DNA of 64,000 bases from Azolla caroliniana (Eukaryota; Plantae; Polypodiophyta). The stretch covers positions 620,001-684,000 of the forward strand of contig JBHGNT010000013.1 in NCBI GenBank assembly GCA_043228905.1. The letters run 5' to 3'. The position numbers were made by a program, and so were the translations under genes. The notes below the pieces were generated by a model. That model was not told the origin of the DNA, made no database searches, and saw nothing but the letters and a program-made list of their open reading frames with translations. Positions 26,082-39,200 of this stretch are shown piece after piece (positions within the stretch are counted from its first letter, which is position 1; every line of letters starts with the position of its first letter).

Positions 26082-26804
26082 ATGGCTCGTGTGGTCCACT
26101 TAGCTCAGTAGAGCTTGGACGGTCCTTTAGTTAAGGACTTGGCCGAATATCGTCCTCCGAGTTGATGTTCAACTCTTCCTCTACCGGGAACCCTAAACCC
26201 AAATTGGGCTTATACCAAGATGTCGATTCGTCGAAGACTACATCTTGACTCACCCGAACCGCTCGGGTCGAGGGGTTAAAGCACTTGTATGCCTTTTTCT
26301 CGGAAGAGTATCCTACGAGGATACATTTCTCTAACTTCTCGTCAAACTTCTATCGGTTTTCATTCGAGATACGTACATTCGCAATGGTTCTGAACACCTT
26401 GAGGTGCGACATGATCAACTTCCTTCCGACGAGGAGCTCGTATGGAGTTAGCTCATGCACTCCATTCATGGTGCATCGATTCATGAGATAGATGGGCATA
26501 GATGCCCCTTTGGCCCAATAGAAGTTTGGCATGTGCTTCTCATGCATCATGGCGCATGCTACCTCGAGTATGTGCCGATTCTTCCTTTCAGCTACTCCAT
26601 TTTGTTGGGGTGTGTGCCGGCATGAGAATTTCTCTGAATGCCTTCACCTTGGAGGTAGGAGATGAATTCGTTGGAGAAGTACTCATTGCCTTTATCCGAT
26701 CATCAGAATCAAATGTGCCGACCGGTTTCTTTTTTGACTTGGCCCTTGAGATTTTGGAAGTGGGAGAGCACTTCGCTCTTCTTCTTCATCGGAAAGATCC
26801 ACAT

Positions 26805-27672
26805 TGTCATAGTGTATTTCATACACTGCATGAAAAACGTATAAAGTACCCGATTTAACAAATATGAAGAAAATGAAGAAAATATGAGAATACATGTTAC
26901 ATGCATAGGGCAAGATTCAAACCTTGTACCTCCATGTCAATAATTTGACGCCTTACCATTACACTAACATATCATAAGCATTAAAAAAGTAGATATCCCA
27001 CATAGAAAGGTTATTTCACGCATATTTTCTAGGAAAAATCTTTAGTTAGAAGAAAAACGCGTGATAGAAAAAAGTTGCGCGTGCACATCTAATGTGCATG
27101 AGCACTATAGTTGATAAAAATGCACAAGTTTAGAAAAAGCATGATCACTTTTAGAAAAAAAAAGCATGTTAGAGAAAGCATATAGTCTATAGATAGAGAA
27201 AGCATGGAGTCCATAGTTAGAGAAAAAACATGGATTGCTAAGACTCTCTCATCACTATATAAGGATGGGGAGCACAATGTAATAAGGGAGAGGAAATTAT
27301 GGATGAAAAATCATTAGGGTTCAAAAATAATGATTAATAAAATAAACTATGCTTGTAGGATTCACAAGTTTTCTATATCTTTCTCTTCCAATCTATTATT
27401 AGAGTTTTAAATATTAATAAAATAAATAAACTATACTCGTGGGATTCACGAGGTTTCTATATCCTTATCTTTCAATCTAAATTCATATTCTTATCTTAAT
27501 CTTGATTAATCTAAAACAATATACTTGTGGGATTCACAAGTTTCAATCTCTCTTTCTTATAATCGATTCATATTCATAACTAAACTCGTCTCAAATTCTT
27601 CCTCCTCCTAGTCCAAAACCCCGGCGGTTCCCACCCAACTCACGCAACGATCTGGCGCCAAAAGGCACGACA
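26805..27672 (+). mobile_element. Solo LTR of the element C group, inserted in the Copia E integrase
   Basis: TGTCATAGTGTATTTC...GGCACGACA matches both ends of the reverse-complemented C LTR. Flanks ACAT/ACGA. Removing it restores FIDDYSRYxWIFPMKKKSEV. Confidence 0.88.
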
Positions 27673-28336
27673 ACGAGTAGCGGGAGTAGTCATCGATGAA
27701 GGTGACGTAGTATCGACAACAATCGATCGTCGGCATCTAAGCTAGTCCCCATACATCCAAATGTATGACATCGGGCCTTTGCTTGCGTAGCTCTCCTTTG
27801 GGAATGGGAGTCAATGTTGTTTGCCAAGTTGACATGCTTCACACACTCGGTCGACTCATTTCGACTCAAACACCAGAAGTCCGATGATGACTCCCTTGAA
27901 TTGTATCGCTCGAAGCCGTTGGAGGTTTATGTGGCTGATTCTCTTGTGCCACAACTCGATGTCGGCGTCAGCTTTGAGACCTTTGGCATACATGGCCGAT
28001 TTCACCTTGTTTGAATCGAGAATGAACATTCGGTCGTCTCTCCGTCCCTTGACTATGAGGCGGCCATATTTCTCGATGAAGCATCCTTCGTTGTTGAAAT
28101 GAATTTGCATTCCTTGCTCCATGATTTGGCTGACTGAGACCAAATTCTTTGTTATTGTGGGCACGTGCAAGACATTCTTGATGCAATTTTTTTGGCCGTC
28201 GTTGCCAAATGGATCCTTGCCGATGTGCCTAATGGGATGTGTGGTGTCGTCTCCCATCTCTATGAAGCCAGGTCGATATGACGCTCTTAAGTCACAAAAC
28301 CACTGTTGGTGTGACGTCATATGATGTGAGGCATCG

Positions 28337-31300
28337 GAGTCCGTCTCGATCCCTTCGCTTAGGGGTGGTCGGGTGGATCGGCACCCTTCTTTCTCTCTCT
28401 CCTTTCTATCTATCTATCTATATTCTATCCTTATCTAATGCTTACATTAGTTCATGTCTCTAATACCACCCACTCCATGAAGTCCTGCTTCGATAACCGA
28501 AGCGCGTCATCAAGCCCATACCTTTCGAGGAGCTGTGCTTCGAATTCTCCCCAAACCCAGCATCCGGCCTGTACCTCGAGCACCTCTGCGTGGATGCTTG
28601 GTGTCGCCACCCGAGGGAACTCGGCCAATCGCCTATCCTCCGGAATGTCCCTCAACACCATCTCGGCCCGGTAGGCCTCCAAATAGCTCGTGGTGTCCTT
28701 CCTACCAAACCGGCCTATTTTGCTGACAATTGCTTCAATGGCCCTGTTGAGGGCGCCCGTGCCCTCGCGAGCACTTACTATCCGATCAACTGCTGCCACC
28801 ATGGCTTCGGCGAGCTCTGATCCCCTCATCTTTGACTCCTCTGCCGCCTTGTCTCATGTCGGGTTCACCAAATAATGTCGTGTTGTTCCGCTTTCACGTA
28901 GGAAATAAGGCAAGACCGCGGGGGCCTTGAATCAAGGAGCAAGAGAGAGAGAAGAAGGCGGAGCGAGAGAAGGGTGCAAGCGTAGGGGACTGTTAGGCCC
29001 GTTCGCAACTGACAACGCTTGCCTGCTGAATGAACCGCCAATGTGTATCTAAATAGGATGCACACTCGCGTAAAAGAGAGACTCACAAAAACACAGAGAG
29101 AGAGAGAAATAGGAGATTCGATTCCAACAATAGTAAAGGTTATAGTGTTCGCAAGATTACAACCGGCTAGCCGGCGACAGACCCAACCCAGACAATCACA
29201 CACCCACGCACACACACAGTAGAGCCTTGCCAGAAGGCACAGGGCTTTCCTCAACGCAGAGGCAACCAACTCAGAACCTGCAAAAAAACGAAAGAGGAGG
29301 AGAGAGCTCGGTTCCCATTCTGACAACACCTCGTTCCCACCAAAACGCGATACCTGTTTCAGCCATCTCCCCTTTTCTTTTATAAGCCGTCGAGGAGAGC
29401 CATCACATCTTGAGTACATCATCTTTATTCTCTGTCCCTTTGGACAGAGATACGCATCGATTTCCTAACTAATAAATCTGTACTACCTAGTATATGTACA
29501 TCAGCCGACCTATTCCTAATTATGTACACCTTATCAATACTTGTGCCCGCGCGTAAGGGCCAGTTCATACACCTTTCTCATCGATCCCGCCTAAGGCCGG
29601 TTTTTTTCACAACATCCACCCCCACCAAACCGCGCATCCAGAGGCATGCGCTACAGAGGGACAAATGTTGGAGAAAACCCGTCGCGTTCACCCGTCGCTC
29701 TCTGAAACTTCATCCGCTCCAAACCGGTTGTCATCGTCGTCCTCACTTCCCGGGTCCAGCTCGTCTTCAGGCCGCTTCTTGAAGGCTTTGATCCTCTTCC
29801 TAGCTATTGGCACCGCTATCCGCGTCCCGTCAAGCTCCGCAAGGTGGTAACTACCGTTGTCATTTGCGCTCGTTACGGTGTAGGGCCCAAACCACCTCCT
29901 CGCAAACTTCTGCATTGCCTTGTGCTGATTGTCGAGGCTTCTATCGTAAACCAACACCCAGTCACCTTCCTCAATCTTCTTCGGTCGTAGCCGGTGCGTT
30001 CGGTCGAACTAGCCCTTTTTCCTCACCCTCACCGCGTGCAGCTTCGCCTTAACCTGTTCCACATCCTCCGGTCTTCGCTCGAGTTGCCGAATCCGCGTTG
30101 CCAACAGCTCCTCCCAAATCATCTCGTCCTTCCAGTCCACTGCGGCCCAGGAAGGAATCAATAGCTCCCCCGGCATGAACCCGGTCACCGAACTGTGCGT
30201 AGTTCGGTCCGCCCATAGTGCGTAAGGTAGGAGCCGCAACCAACTCTCGACTTGACCTTCACATGCGCGTACTAATGCCTTCACGATCGGCCCGTGCCCG
30301 CGCTCTACCTTCCGGTTAGCCTCCGGGTCGAATAACTCTTCAGCTTCCTGCGCATCCAGCCCCCCCCCCCCGGTCAGGTACTATCTTTCCTACGCACCCG
30401 TACCGGCATACCACCTCTTCGATCAGGAACCGGCGCACGGCCGCGGTCGTCTTGTTCTATAGGGTGCGGCTCTCCACCTGATTCGTCAAGTCCTCCCGTG
30501 CAAGCACCAGGTACCGCATCTGCCCTACCCCCATCGGCATCGTCACTAAGTCTACCATCCACTTGAAATGAATGGTCGATAGGTAGGTTGGGTGCAACTT
30601 GTCTCGATGTCGGATCGCGGAGTGCATCTGACAATTCTCGCATGTTGTTACGAATCGGTGCATGTCCCGATACAGCCCCGGCCACCAATACTTCTCCTTC
30701 AGCTTCTCAAACGTGCCCCATGTCCCGTGATGTCCGGTCCAGGGACTCTCGTGGTACACCGTTAGCAACCCCTCTCGCTCTGCCTTTCCTGCCACTACGC
30801 GGAGTGGGACGCCGTCTCGCTTCTTTGGGTGCCTCCATATGCTCCAGTCTCGTAGGAAGAAACGGTACGCCTTCCTCCACATCTGGTTAGCCTCTTCTCT
30901 TGTCCATGCCGCATCCGGCGCCATTGTTTTTAGGAACTTGCAAATCTGGAGCCACTCCCCGTCGTACTCCCCCTCGTTGAACTCGTTAAGCGCCGGAGTG
31001 CTCCCTGCCCTTGTCGTCACATAAGCCGACTCGAAGAAGTCTACGACGACTTCTTCATCCTCCAAAACCATGTCGTCCTCATCATCGAACTGTGACCTAG
31101 AAAGCATGTCGGCCATGGCATTGTCTTTACTGGAGATGTGTTGTATCTCCGGGTTCAGAGACTTAATGTACGTGATCCATCTGAGCATTGACAGGTCTGG
31201 TGTCGTGCACCCAGAAACCATACCGAGGATCGGTAGTCTGTTTGTCTCGATCAAGAAGTCTTTATCGGCCTTGACTGCCGAAACGATACCCCAGAGTTCG

Positions 31301-34300
31301 CGCTTAACTTGGGCGTATCCTCGTTGTCGCTCACTCAGCACCTTTGCTCTGAACCGGATGGGGAACCTCGTGCCGGTTTTGTCCTCCTAGTTGACCACCC
31401 ATCCTATCCCGGTCAAGCTAGTGTCTACCGTAATGTAAATTAGGACGTCCTTGCCGTAAACCACTTTCTGGAGTGTTGGTGCCGCGGTCAGCGCCTCCGT
31501 CAGTCTTCAAACCAACTCTGCCTGCTCGTTGCACCACTCGAATTTACATCCCCTTTTTAGCAACCCGTAAAGCGGTTTCGTGACGTGTGCATAATCGGAA
31601 TCCAGATATGATAGAACGCGCACGCGCCTAGCACCTCCGTAACCGACTTGCATTCTTCCTTCATTGCGGAGATGGCTTCTACCTTTGCCGGAGACGGTTT
31701 CCAACCGTAAGGCCCACACAAGTGCCCGACCACTAGGATCTCTGACTGCTCGAAAGCTGATTTCTCTTTGGAGAAGGTGAGTCGCGCGTCCTCAAGTCTT
31801 TGAAGCACCTTCTCGCAGTCGCCAATGTGGTCCACTATGAACCTTCGACATTCGTCCAGCCCAACCATTTCGTCCTTCTCTCCCACTGAACACCCCTTTA
31901 TCAAGATGTCTTCCAAGAATGGCATGGTGATGTCCGGGATGTAGTCCCTCAGCACCATGTTCAACGCATTCACCATGTGTGCCACCGAGTTGGTCCCTCA
32001 TTGCCGTAGGGTGCACATCTGCACTAGACCGAGAGGAGTCTGCATCGTCGTGATATCCCTGCTCTCCACAGCTAGTTGGAATTGATCGTACCCCGAGTAC
32101 AGATCACCAACCGAATAGATCGACCTTCTAGCGAAGGCCTCCGCGAACTCGTCAATGGTCGGTCCGACACCTGCGTTCCAAATGGTCACCTTGTTGACCG
32201 GCTGCAGGTCCTGAAAAAAGCGCAACATGTCGTTCTTCTTCAGCACAGTAAACCACCGATTCAAATATGGAGCACTCGACGGCTCGAGGATGCCCATCTC
32301 CACCTTCTACTTCAACAGCTCCATCAACCTCGGGATGTGAGCTCTGGGTACCGGAATCGCGTTAGATTCCATGGCACATGCGGTACTGTGAAGATCACCA
32401 TTGGTTCCACGATTGTCGGGTCTACGCACCCAATCTCCCCCGACGCGAATGTGAAGGCCTTCCCGTGCCTTCCGAATTCTCCGAAACCTCTCCTCCTCCG
32501 CCGGTAGTAGGAAGCCACCCCCACCGACCTTGAGCCCCCGTAGCATTATGTCGGTGAACCGGTGTCCTATGTCGGTCGGATTCCATAAACTTGGGTCTGA
32601 CGCGACCCCCCTTTCTCCGCTCCCATTGCCCTCCAGCAAGGGAGCCGTGACTGGCCTCACCTTCCGGTCCAAAGTCTTGTATTTCGTATCTACGCAGGCC
32701 ATCCGATCCGACTTGACCCTTTCCCCGAAGTCGGCAATGACTTCGAACATTTCCACCGAGTTGACAGGAATCACTCGGTCTTCACTGAGGCCTTCATCGA
32801 TCACCTTTCCCATTTCCCTCAAGGTGTTGTCGAAAGAGACCGCCTCCACGGTGTTGCTAATTTCTTCGTCGGGCCGGAGGACTCTGCACTCTCTGAAACG
32901 TTCCTCAACCTTCTTCTTCTCCCGGCCACCGACGTCGGCTATCGTACAACCTCCGTTATCGGAGACCCAAAACTTCCTACCTATAGTACACTTGTGGGGT
33001 TCTACCGGAGTGTCCAGACTATCACGGCCCCACACCTTGATAGCCCTCTCTAAAAATCCCCTTGGTTGTCGCCGCCGAGGATCTCACGGTTATGCTCATG
33101 GTTCAATCGCACTGTCAGAAATTGGACGGAGTGTCGCCCATCTTGGCTCTTCATGCGTGCGTACACCGAACCGTTATCCAGCACCTTTGTCTCCATGCGT
33201 GCCGCCGTAATGTACGGTTTGCCAAGTATCACCGGGTGTGAGGATGTCTCCTACACGAAGAAGTGCTGATCAATCTCGACATCGCCGATTTTCACACGTA
33301 CATTCGGGCAAGCCCCGTGCAGCTCCTTCGTGGCGCGCATTGTCACGCGTATCTTCCACCCGTGCTTGGTGTTGATTGGCCACTTCCCTTTCTTAAAGAA
33401 GTCCATAGACATCAGGTTGATCTCCGACCCGTGGTCGATCAACACCACTACCAGCTCCTAGACATCCCCGAACCAAATGGGGGTTTCCATAGTAGCCCTT
33501 GCCCAGTGCAACTTCAAATAGTGGCTCTCCGCCAACTCGTCTTCTAGGGCCGCGTCCTCCAGGTGCGTCGTTCGCACCTCCACCGGCTTCTCCGGCTCTG
33601 GCTCCATCGAAAGCCGTTTACGCTTCACCAAGTCCACGATGGAATCGTGGAACTCCTTCTTGGCGATCCCAAGCACCTCCCTCTGCGACAACTCCACCTT
33701 GTTGTCAAGAATCCACTCCTTGAGGACCTTTCGCAGGTCCGTCGTCCTTTTGATTTCGGTGCCCAGCCGGTAACCGGTCGGCCTTGCTTTGTCTGCCATG
33801 CCGGGATTGTCGGCTTCATTCCTCTTCGGCCCGAGCTGGGTCTCATACCAATTCGGGGTCGTGGTCCCACCGACCTTCCCCACCCTCTTATCATCGACCA
33901 GAACTTCGTAGTTCTGGCACGTGGCTTCCATGAAGCCGGTCTTCTCCTCTACCGAATCGTCCCACCCGGAGACCTCCCGGTCCCGCTGCTTCGCACGATC
34001 CGCTTCTTCCCTCTTCAGTCGTGCGCCGGAGAGGCCTTCTAGCACAAAGGGCCAGAAGCTAGATTCTTTCCGGTCTTCATTACATCTTACCCAGATTTTG
34101 GCCGATGCCGAATAATGGACGACCTCTGCATGACGTGCCTCCTCTTCTTCCATTAACCGGTTCATCCCACCGCGTCCGAAATTTGTCTGCACAGCTCTCC
34201 GGGTATCACCAACGTGCACCCGTCCATTCCAGAGGTACACCACATTACCGTTGAGGGCCTCAGCAAAATCCACGCAATCTCCATGGTTGTGTTCGACCAC

Positions 34301-36245
34301 ATCGCACCACATACACCGTTGTCCAACCGGTGGCCTCCGGTCGTGTGGCTACCCTCCACTGTCTCTCCGGGCCTGCGCGATCTGCAAGGCGCACACCATT
34401 TGTGTTAGTTCCTCCGGATGGGCCTTTGACCGCGCTGGTCGATGCTGAGCCCATCTCAAGCCAATCCCGGGTTCCCTCTTTTCGTGCCGGCGAAGGCTCA
34501 TCAAACTTCCTTGTCTGGACGGGTCTCGCCACCGACGATCCCTCGTCGCCCCACTCATGCCGCTTGTCGAAACGGATGCAGACTCTTTTGACCGTGGACG
34601 AGTCGGTCATCAGCCCATCATTTGTCTCCAGCAAGAGATCCACTTGATCCCGATCCCGCACGTTCACCGCTTTGACAAACAACAGGACCCGGCTCGTGTC
34701 TAGCACGATCCTGTCCAATGTCGAGAGCCGTGCGAAGCGTTCTTCGAACTCTCGGAGGAGCGCCGACACGTTCCTCCCCTTTCCGGGGGTCTCCACCTGT
34801 TACGGGCATGACCATAGAATATCCCATGGTGAGAATTTACCGTAGTATTCTATACACGTGGATAAGTGTGAGGGTTAAATGAGAGTGTAAAGAAGGGGAG
34901 GATTACTTTTAATCCTCGGGATTGAGACAACCACCCATTAGGCCAAGTGTGAACTTGCCTAGGGGCCTTGGGTATCGCTATAAATAAGAGGCCTAGCTAC
35001 CCTCATTTGATCATCTTGTTGACTACGTCAAGACTCTGTCTTGTGGTGGGTCAACTCTTGTAACGAGCGTGCCAGCACCAGGTACGACTCGACCCCACGG
35101 TGGTGGTATGGGACGCCGATCAAGGCTCGAGTCTGTATCGATCCCTTCGCTCATGGGTGGTCAGGTGGATCGGCACCCTTCTTTCTCTCTCACCTTTCTA
35201 TCTATCTATCTATATTCTATCCTTATCTAATGCTTACATTAGTTCATGTCTCTAATACCACCCACTCCATGAAGTCCCACTTCAATAACCGAAGCGCATC
35301 ATCAAGCTCATACCTTTTGAGGAGCCATGCTTCAAATTCTCCCCAGGCCCGGCATCCGGCCTGTACCTCGAGCGCCTCTGCGTGGATGCCGGTGTCACCA
35401 CTTGAGGGAACCTGGCCAGATGCCTATCCTCCGGAATGTCCCTCATCACCATCTCGGCCCGATAGGCCTCCAAATAGCTCGTGGCGTCCTTGCCACCAAA
35501 CCGACCTATTTTGCCGACAATTGCATCAATTGCCCTGTCGAGGGCACTCGTGCCCTCGCGAGCACTTACTATCCGATCGACTGTTGCCGCCATGGCTTCG
35601 GCGAACTTTGATCCCCTCATCCTCAACTCCTCTGCCGCCTTGTTTCACCAAATAATGTCATGTTGTTCCGCTTTCGCATAGGAAATAAGGCAGGACTGCG
35701 AGGGCCCTGAACCGAGGAGCAAGAGAGAGAAGAAGGCGGAACGGGAGAAGGGCGCAAGCGTAGGGGACTGTTAGGCCCGTTCGCAATTGACAGCGCTTGT
35801 CGGCTGAATGAACCACCAATGCGTATCTAAACAGGATGCACACTCACATAAAAGAGAGACTCACAAAAACACACACAGAGAGAGAAATAGGAGATTCGAT
35901 TCCAACAACAATAAAGGTTATAGTGTTCGCAAGATTACAGCTGGCTAGCCGGCGAAAGACCCAACCCAGACAATCACACACCCACGCACACACACAGTAG
36001 AGCCTTGCCAGAAGGCACAAGGCTTTCCTCAAAGCAGAGGCAACCAACTTAGAACCTGCAGAAAAACGAAATAGGAGGAAAGAGCTCGGTTCCCAGTCTG
36101 ACAACACCTCGTTCCCGTCAAAACGCGATACCTGTTTCAGCCATCTCCCCTTTTCTTTTATAAGCCACCGAGGAGAGTCGTCACATCCTGAGTACATCAT
36201 CTTTATTCTTTGTCCCTTTGGACAGAGATACGCATCGATTTCCTA
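28337..36245 (-). mobile_element. Element B: Trp-primed Ty3/Gypsy in a tandem shared-LTR arrangement, truncated at both ends
   Basis: Truncated 5' LTR 35656-36245. Gag-PR (VLIDHGSEINLM), RT (TMPFLEDI), RH and IN at 35626-29688. PPT 29615-29624. Full LTR 28876-29614, then a second PBS-Trp and gag start at 28875-28466. Confidence 0.9.
34798..35257 (+). mobile_element. Solo LTR of the chromovirus D family inside gag of element B
   Basis: TGTTACGGGCATG...TCTAATA, homologous to the D LTRs. Perfect 5-bp TSD CCACC. A partial duplicate with the same junction lies at 28337-28465. Confidence 0.93.
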
Positions 36246-39200
36246 GGTGCATGTAGCGGACTTCATTTGCCGAGATTGTTCGTCATGGAAGCTCCCCCTT
36301 CTTCCGAAGGTTCCTCGATGGCTTCCGTCTTGTTGTCGAAGGTTTGAATTCCCTTCGTGTGATGGGTCGAATCAACCTCTTCTACCGCCTCAAATTTGTT
36401 CTCGGCCACCATCCGAATTTGAGAAGAACATTTGTCCTTCCGACATCTTGGTCTTGGTTCAAACGTGGTTCTCATCGACCAAGCACATTGATTGGATGTT
36501 GAAGAACGAAGGAAGGTTTTCTCTCGCTAAGATTTCCATCCTTAATGAATGGAATCGTTGTGCGAGGCCGCCCAAGCATACTTGAACCATCTCGTCTTCG
36601 TCAACGTTTATGTTGATGGAGCCAAGCTATTACGGGCATGACCATATAATATCCCGTGGTAAGAATTTACTGTAGTATTCTATACACGTGGATAAGTGTG
36701 AGGGTTAAACGAGAGTGTAAAGAAGGGGAGGATTACTTTTAATCCTCGGGATTGAGACAACCCATTAGGTCAAGTGTGAACTTGCCTGGGGGCCTTGGGT
36801 ATCGCTATAAATAAGAGGCCTAGCTACCCTCATTTGAGGATCTTTTGACTACATCGAGACTCTGCTCTTGTGGTGGGTCAACTCTTGTAGCGAGCACGCC
36901 AGCACCAAGTACGACTCGACGCCACGGTGGTGGTATGGGACGCCGATCGAGGCTCGAGTCTGTCTCGATCCCTTCGCTCGGGGGTGGTCGGGTGGATCGG
37001 CACCCTTCTTTCTCTTTCTCCTTTCTATCTTTCATTTCTTTATCCTTATCTTAAGCTTATGTTAGTACTTAGATCTATAATATTTGGTATCAGATTTTTG
37101 TACTAATGTTTCTTTGTTTTTCATTTGTCTTTTGATTGATGTTGATCGGTCGTTGTGCGGTTGGCCTTGATCCAGACAACGATCAACAAAGAACTTCGGT
37201 AACTCTTTCCATAATTTTTCTTTCTATTCTCTCTTCTCCCATCTAATCATGTGTTTAGTTTATATGTAATTTTTTTTCGTTAAGTCAATGATGTTGTAGT
37301 GGTCTTTAATTGATTATCTAAAACGTTTACATATGTGCACGAGGTCAATACCTCGTTTGACATATTAATAATATGTGATGAGTGTCGTATGCGTACGAGG
37401 TTAATACCTCAATTACGTATTACTTTCACGAACATATGTTACATTTGCGTATGAGTTTAATACCTTGATTTGTTGTAAACGATATGCGGTTGGTCTCGTA
37501 TGCGTAAGAGGTCAATACCTCAATTGCGTATTACGATGATCTCTTATTTGTGGATGTTTCGTGTGCGTAGAGGTATATACCTCGATTACGTATCTCGATC
37601 ACATCATTTATGGCTATTTAATATAACGATATGTTTAATATAGGCATATGTGGTCACATATATACGTATTTGATCGTATATATGTGAAAAGTAAACATAT
37701 GTGTATATTCGTTATTACGTGATTATGTCGAAAGTTGTCATGGTCGGGAAAAGGATGTTGGTGGCCGTCCTCACATTTTTGTGAGAATGGCGTTGTCACC
37801 ATCCCTTTTTCAACAATTTTTTATTGTTGATAACCCCGTTGATGACCTCGATTTCGTTACGTAAAGAAACGCCAATAGGCATAATGATGTTGAGTACGTA
37901 GGGTTTGACCCACTTCAAGTGAGGTCGTTCCAATGACGCACGTATCCAACATCCCTCCCTCGTTACATGGATACGATGCCACCATGAGCTCGTTCTTACA
38001 AGAGGCATTCGTAATGACGTGACCATGTGATGGCCCACGTGAGCCTACTACGAAACAAGGGCTCATTTGGCTTCACCATTAGGTTGCACTTTGGCGTATG
38101 CCATCGTAATTACGAGACTTGAGGATAGGTAACATACCAACATAGTTTTGGTAAATGAGGGCGAAATAAGGACCCTTGACATATATGTTCTTTCAAAAAA
38201 AACATATATGATCTCGCATATCTCTTATACGCATCAAACATTAAGCATTCGAGAAGAGCACCTTACTTGGTTGGCTTAAGTGTTTAATGTATTTGTTCTC
38301 GAGGTCTCGAGTTCAAATATGACCAAGACCATACAACATCCTTGATACATATGACTATAACACATGTTTAGAATTAAGGTCTAAGTGCACCTCGGGGTCC
38401 TCGTAATAGGACTTAAAGAGCCGAAACCACATATGTGGGCACCGAAACATAGTTTATTATTAACATTTTTTTCGTGTATAAACAATTCATGACGCGAACA
38501 TACATGGCTGAGCCTCGGGGAGCCACCATAAAAAAATCGATATAGAGATCAGGGAAAGACATTTATTTGTTACCCCCATGGTTTTTAAAACACCTTTGTG
38601 TTACCATAGTAACCTGATCTTGAACCTCATCTCATACGTCTAGAGGGGTATTGACGTGAGATAATGATATCGATTAATGCTCGCCCATGATATGTTTACA
38701 TCACGACATGATGTTATGACTATATCTCTGACCTTGTCCTATTTCTTTTCCAGAAATAATCTTTAATGGCTCAAATTAACGACCCGATGTCATCCGCTCA
38801 AGCGGAAGGAACTCAAGGGAATCCTCCTGGACAAATGTCCACTGAGATGTATTTGGCACAAATAACCCAATTCCTTAGTTTCACCGCTCAACAGATGACC
38901 GAACTTCGGCAATCTCAGAGTGCTCTTGAGGCACGTGTCATTAGTCTACAACGTGAGACTAATAGACCTGATGAGCGACAAGGTGAACCATCATTTGTCG
39001 TTAAGCCATTTACCGGAGACAAAAAGGAAAGAACCGAAGAAGCAATTTGCACATGGCTGGGACGATGGGAGTCTCATTTTGAGCTCTATCCCATGCCAGA
39101 TAGTACGAAGATTGCATATGTCGGCCGAGAACTCGGGGGTAAGGCCGCCGCCTAGTGGCGTGGCCTCCGTACTATGGGGAAATTGCCCGATACCTGGACA

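Noticed and set aside
37330-37612. CRISPR-like repeat-spacer array
   Set aside because: Eukaryotic retroelement context, no cas genes, and the 'spacers' are related to each other and form the lower stems.
38968-38992. Hammerhead ribozyme core CTGATGAG
   Set aside because: Lies inside gag coding sequence with no properly placed GAAA or stems.
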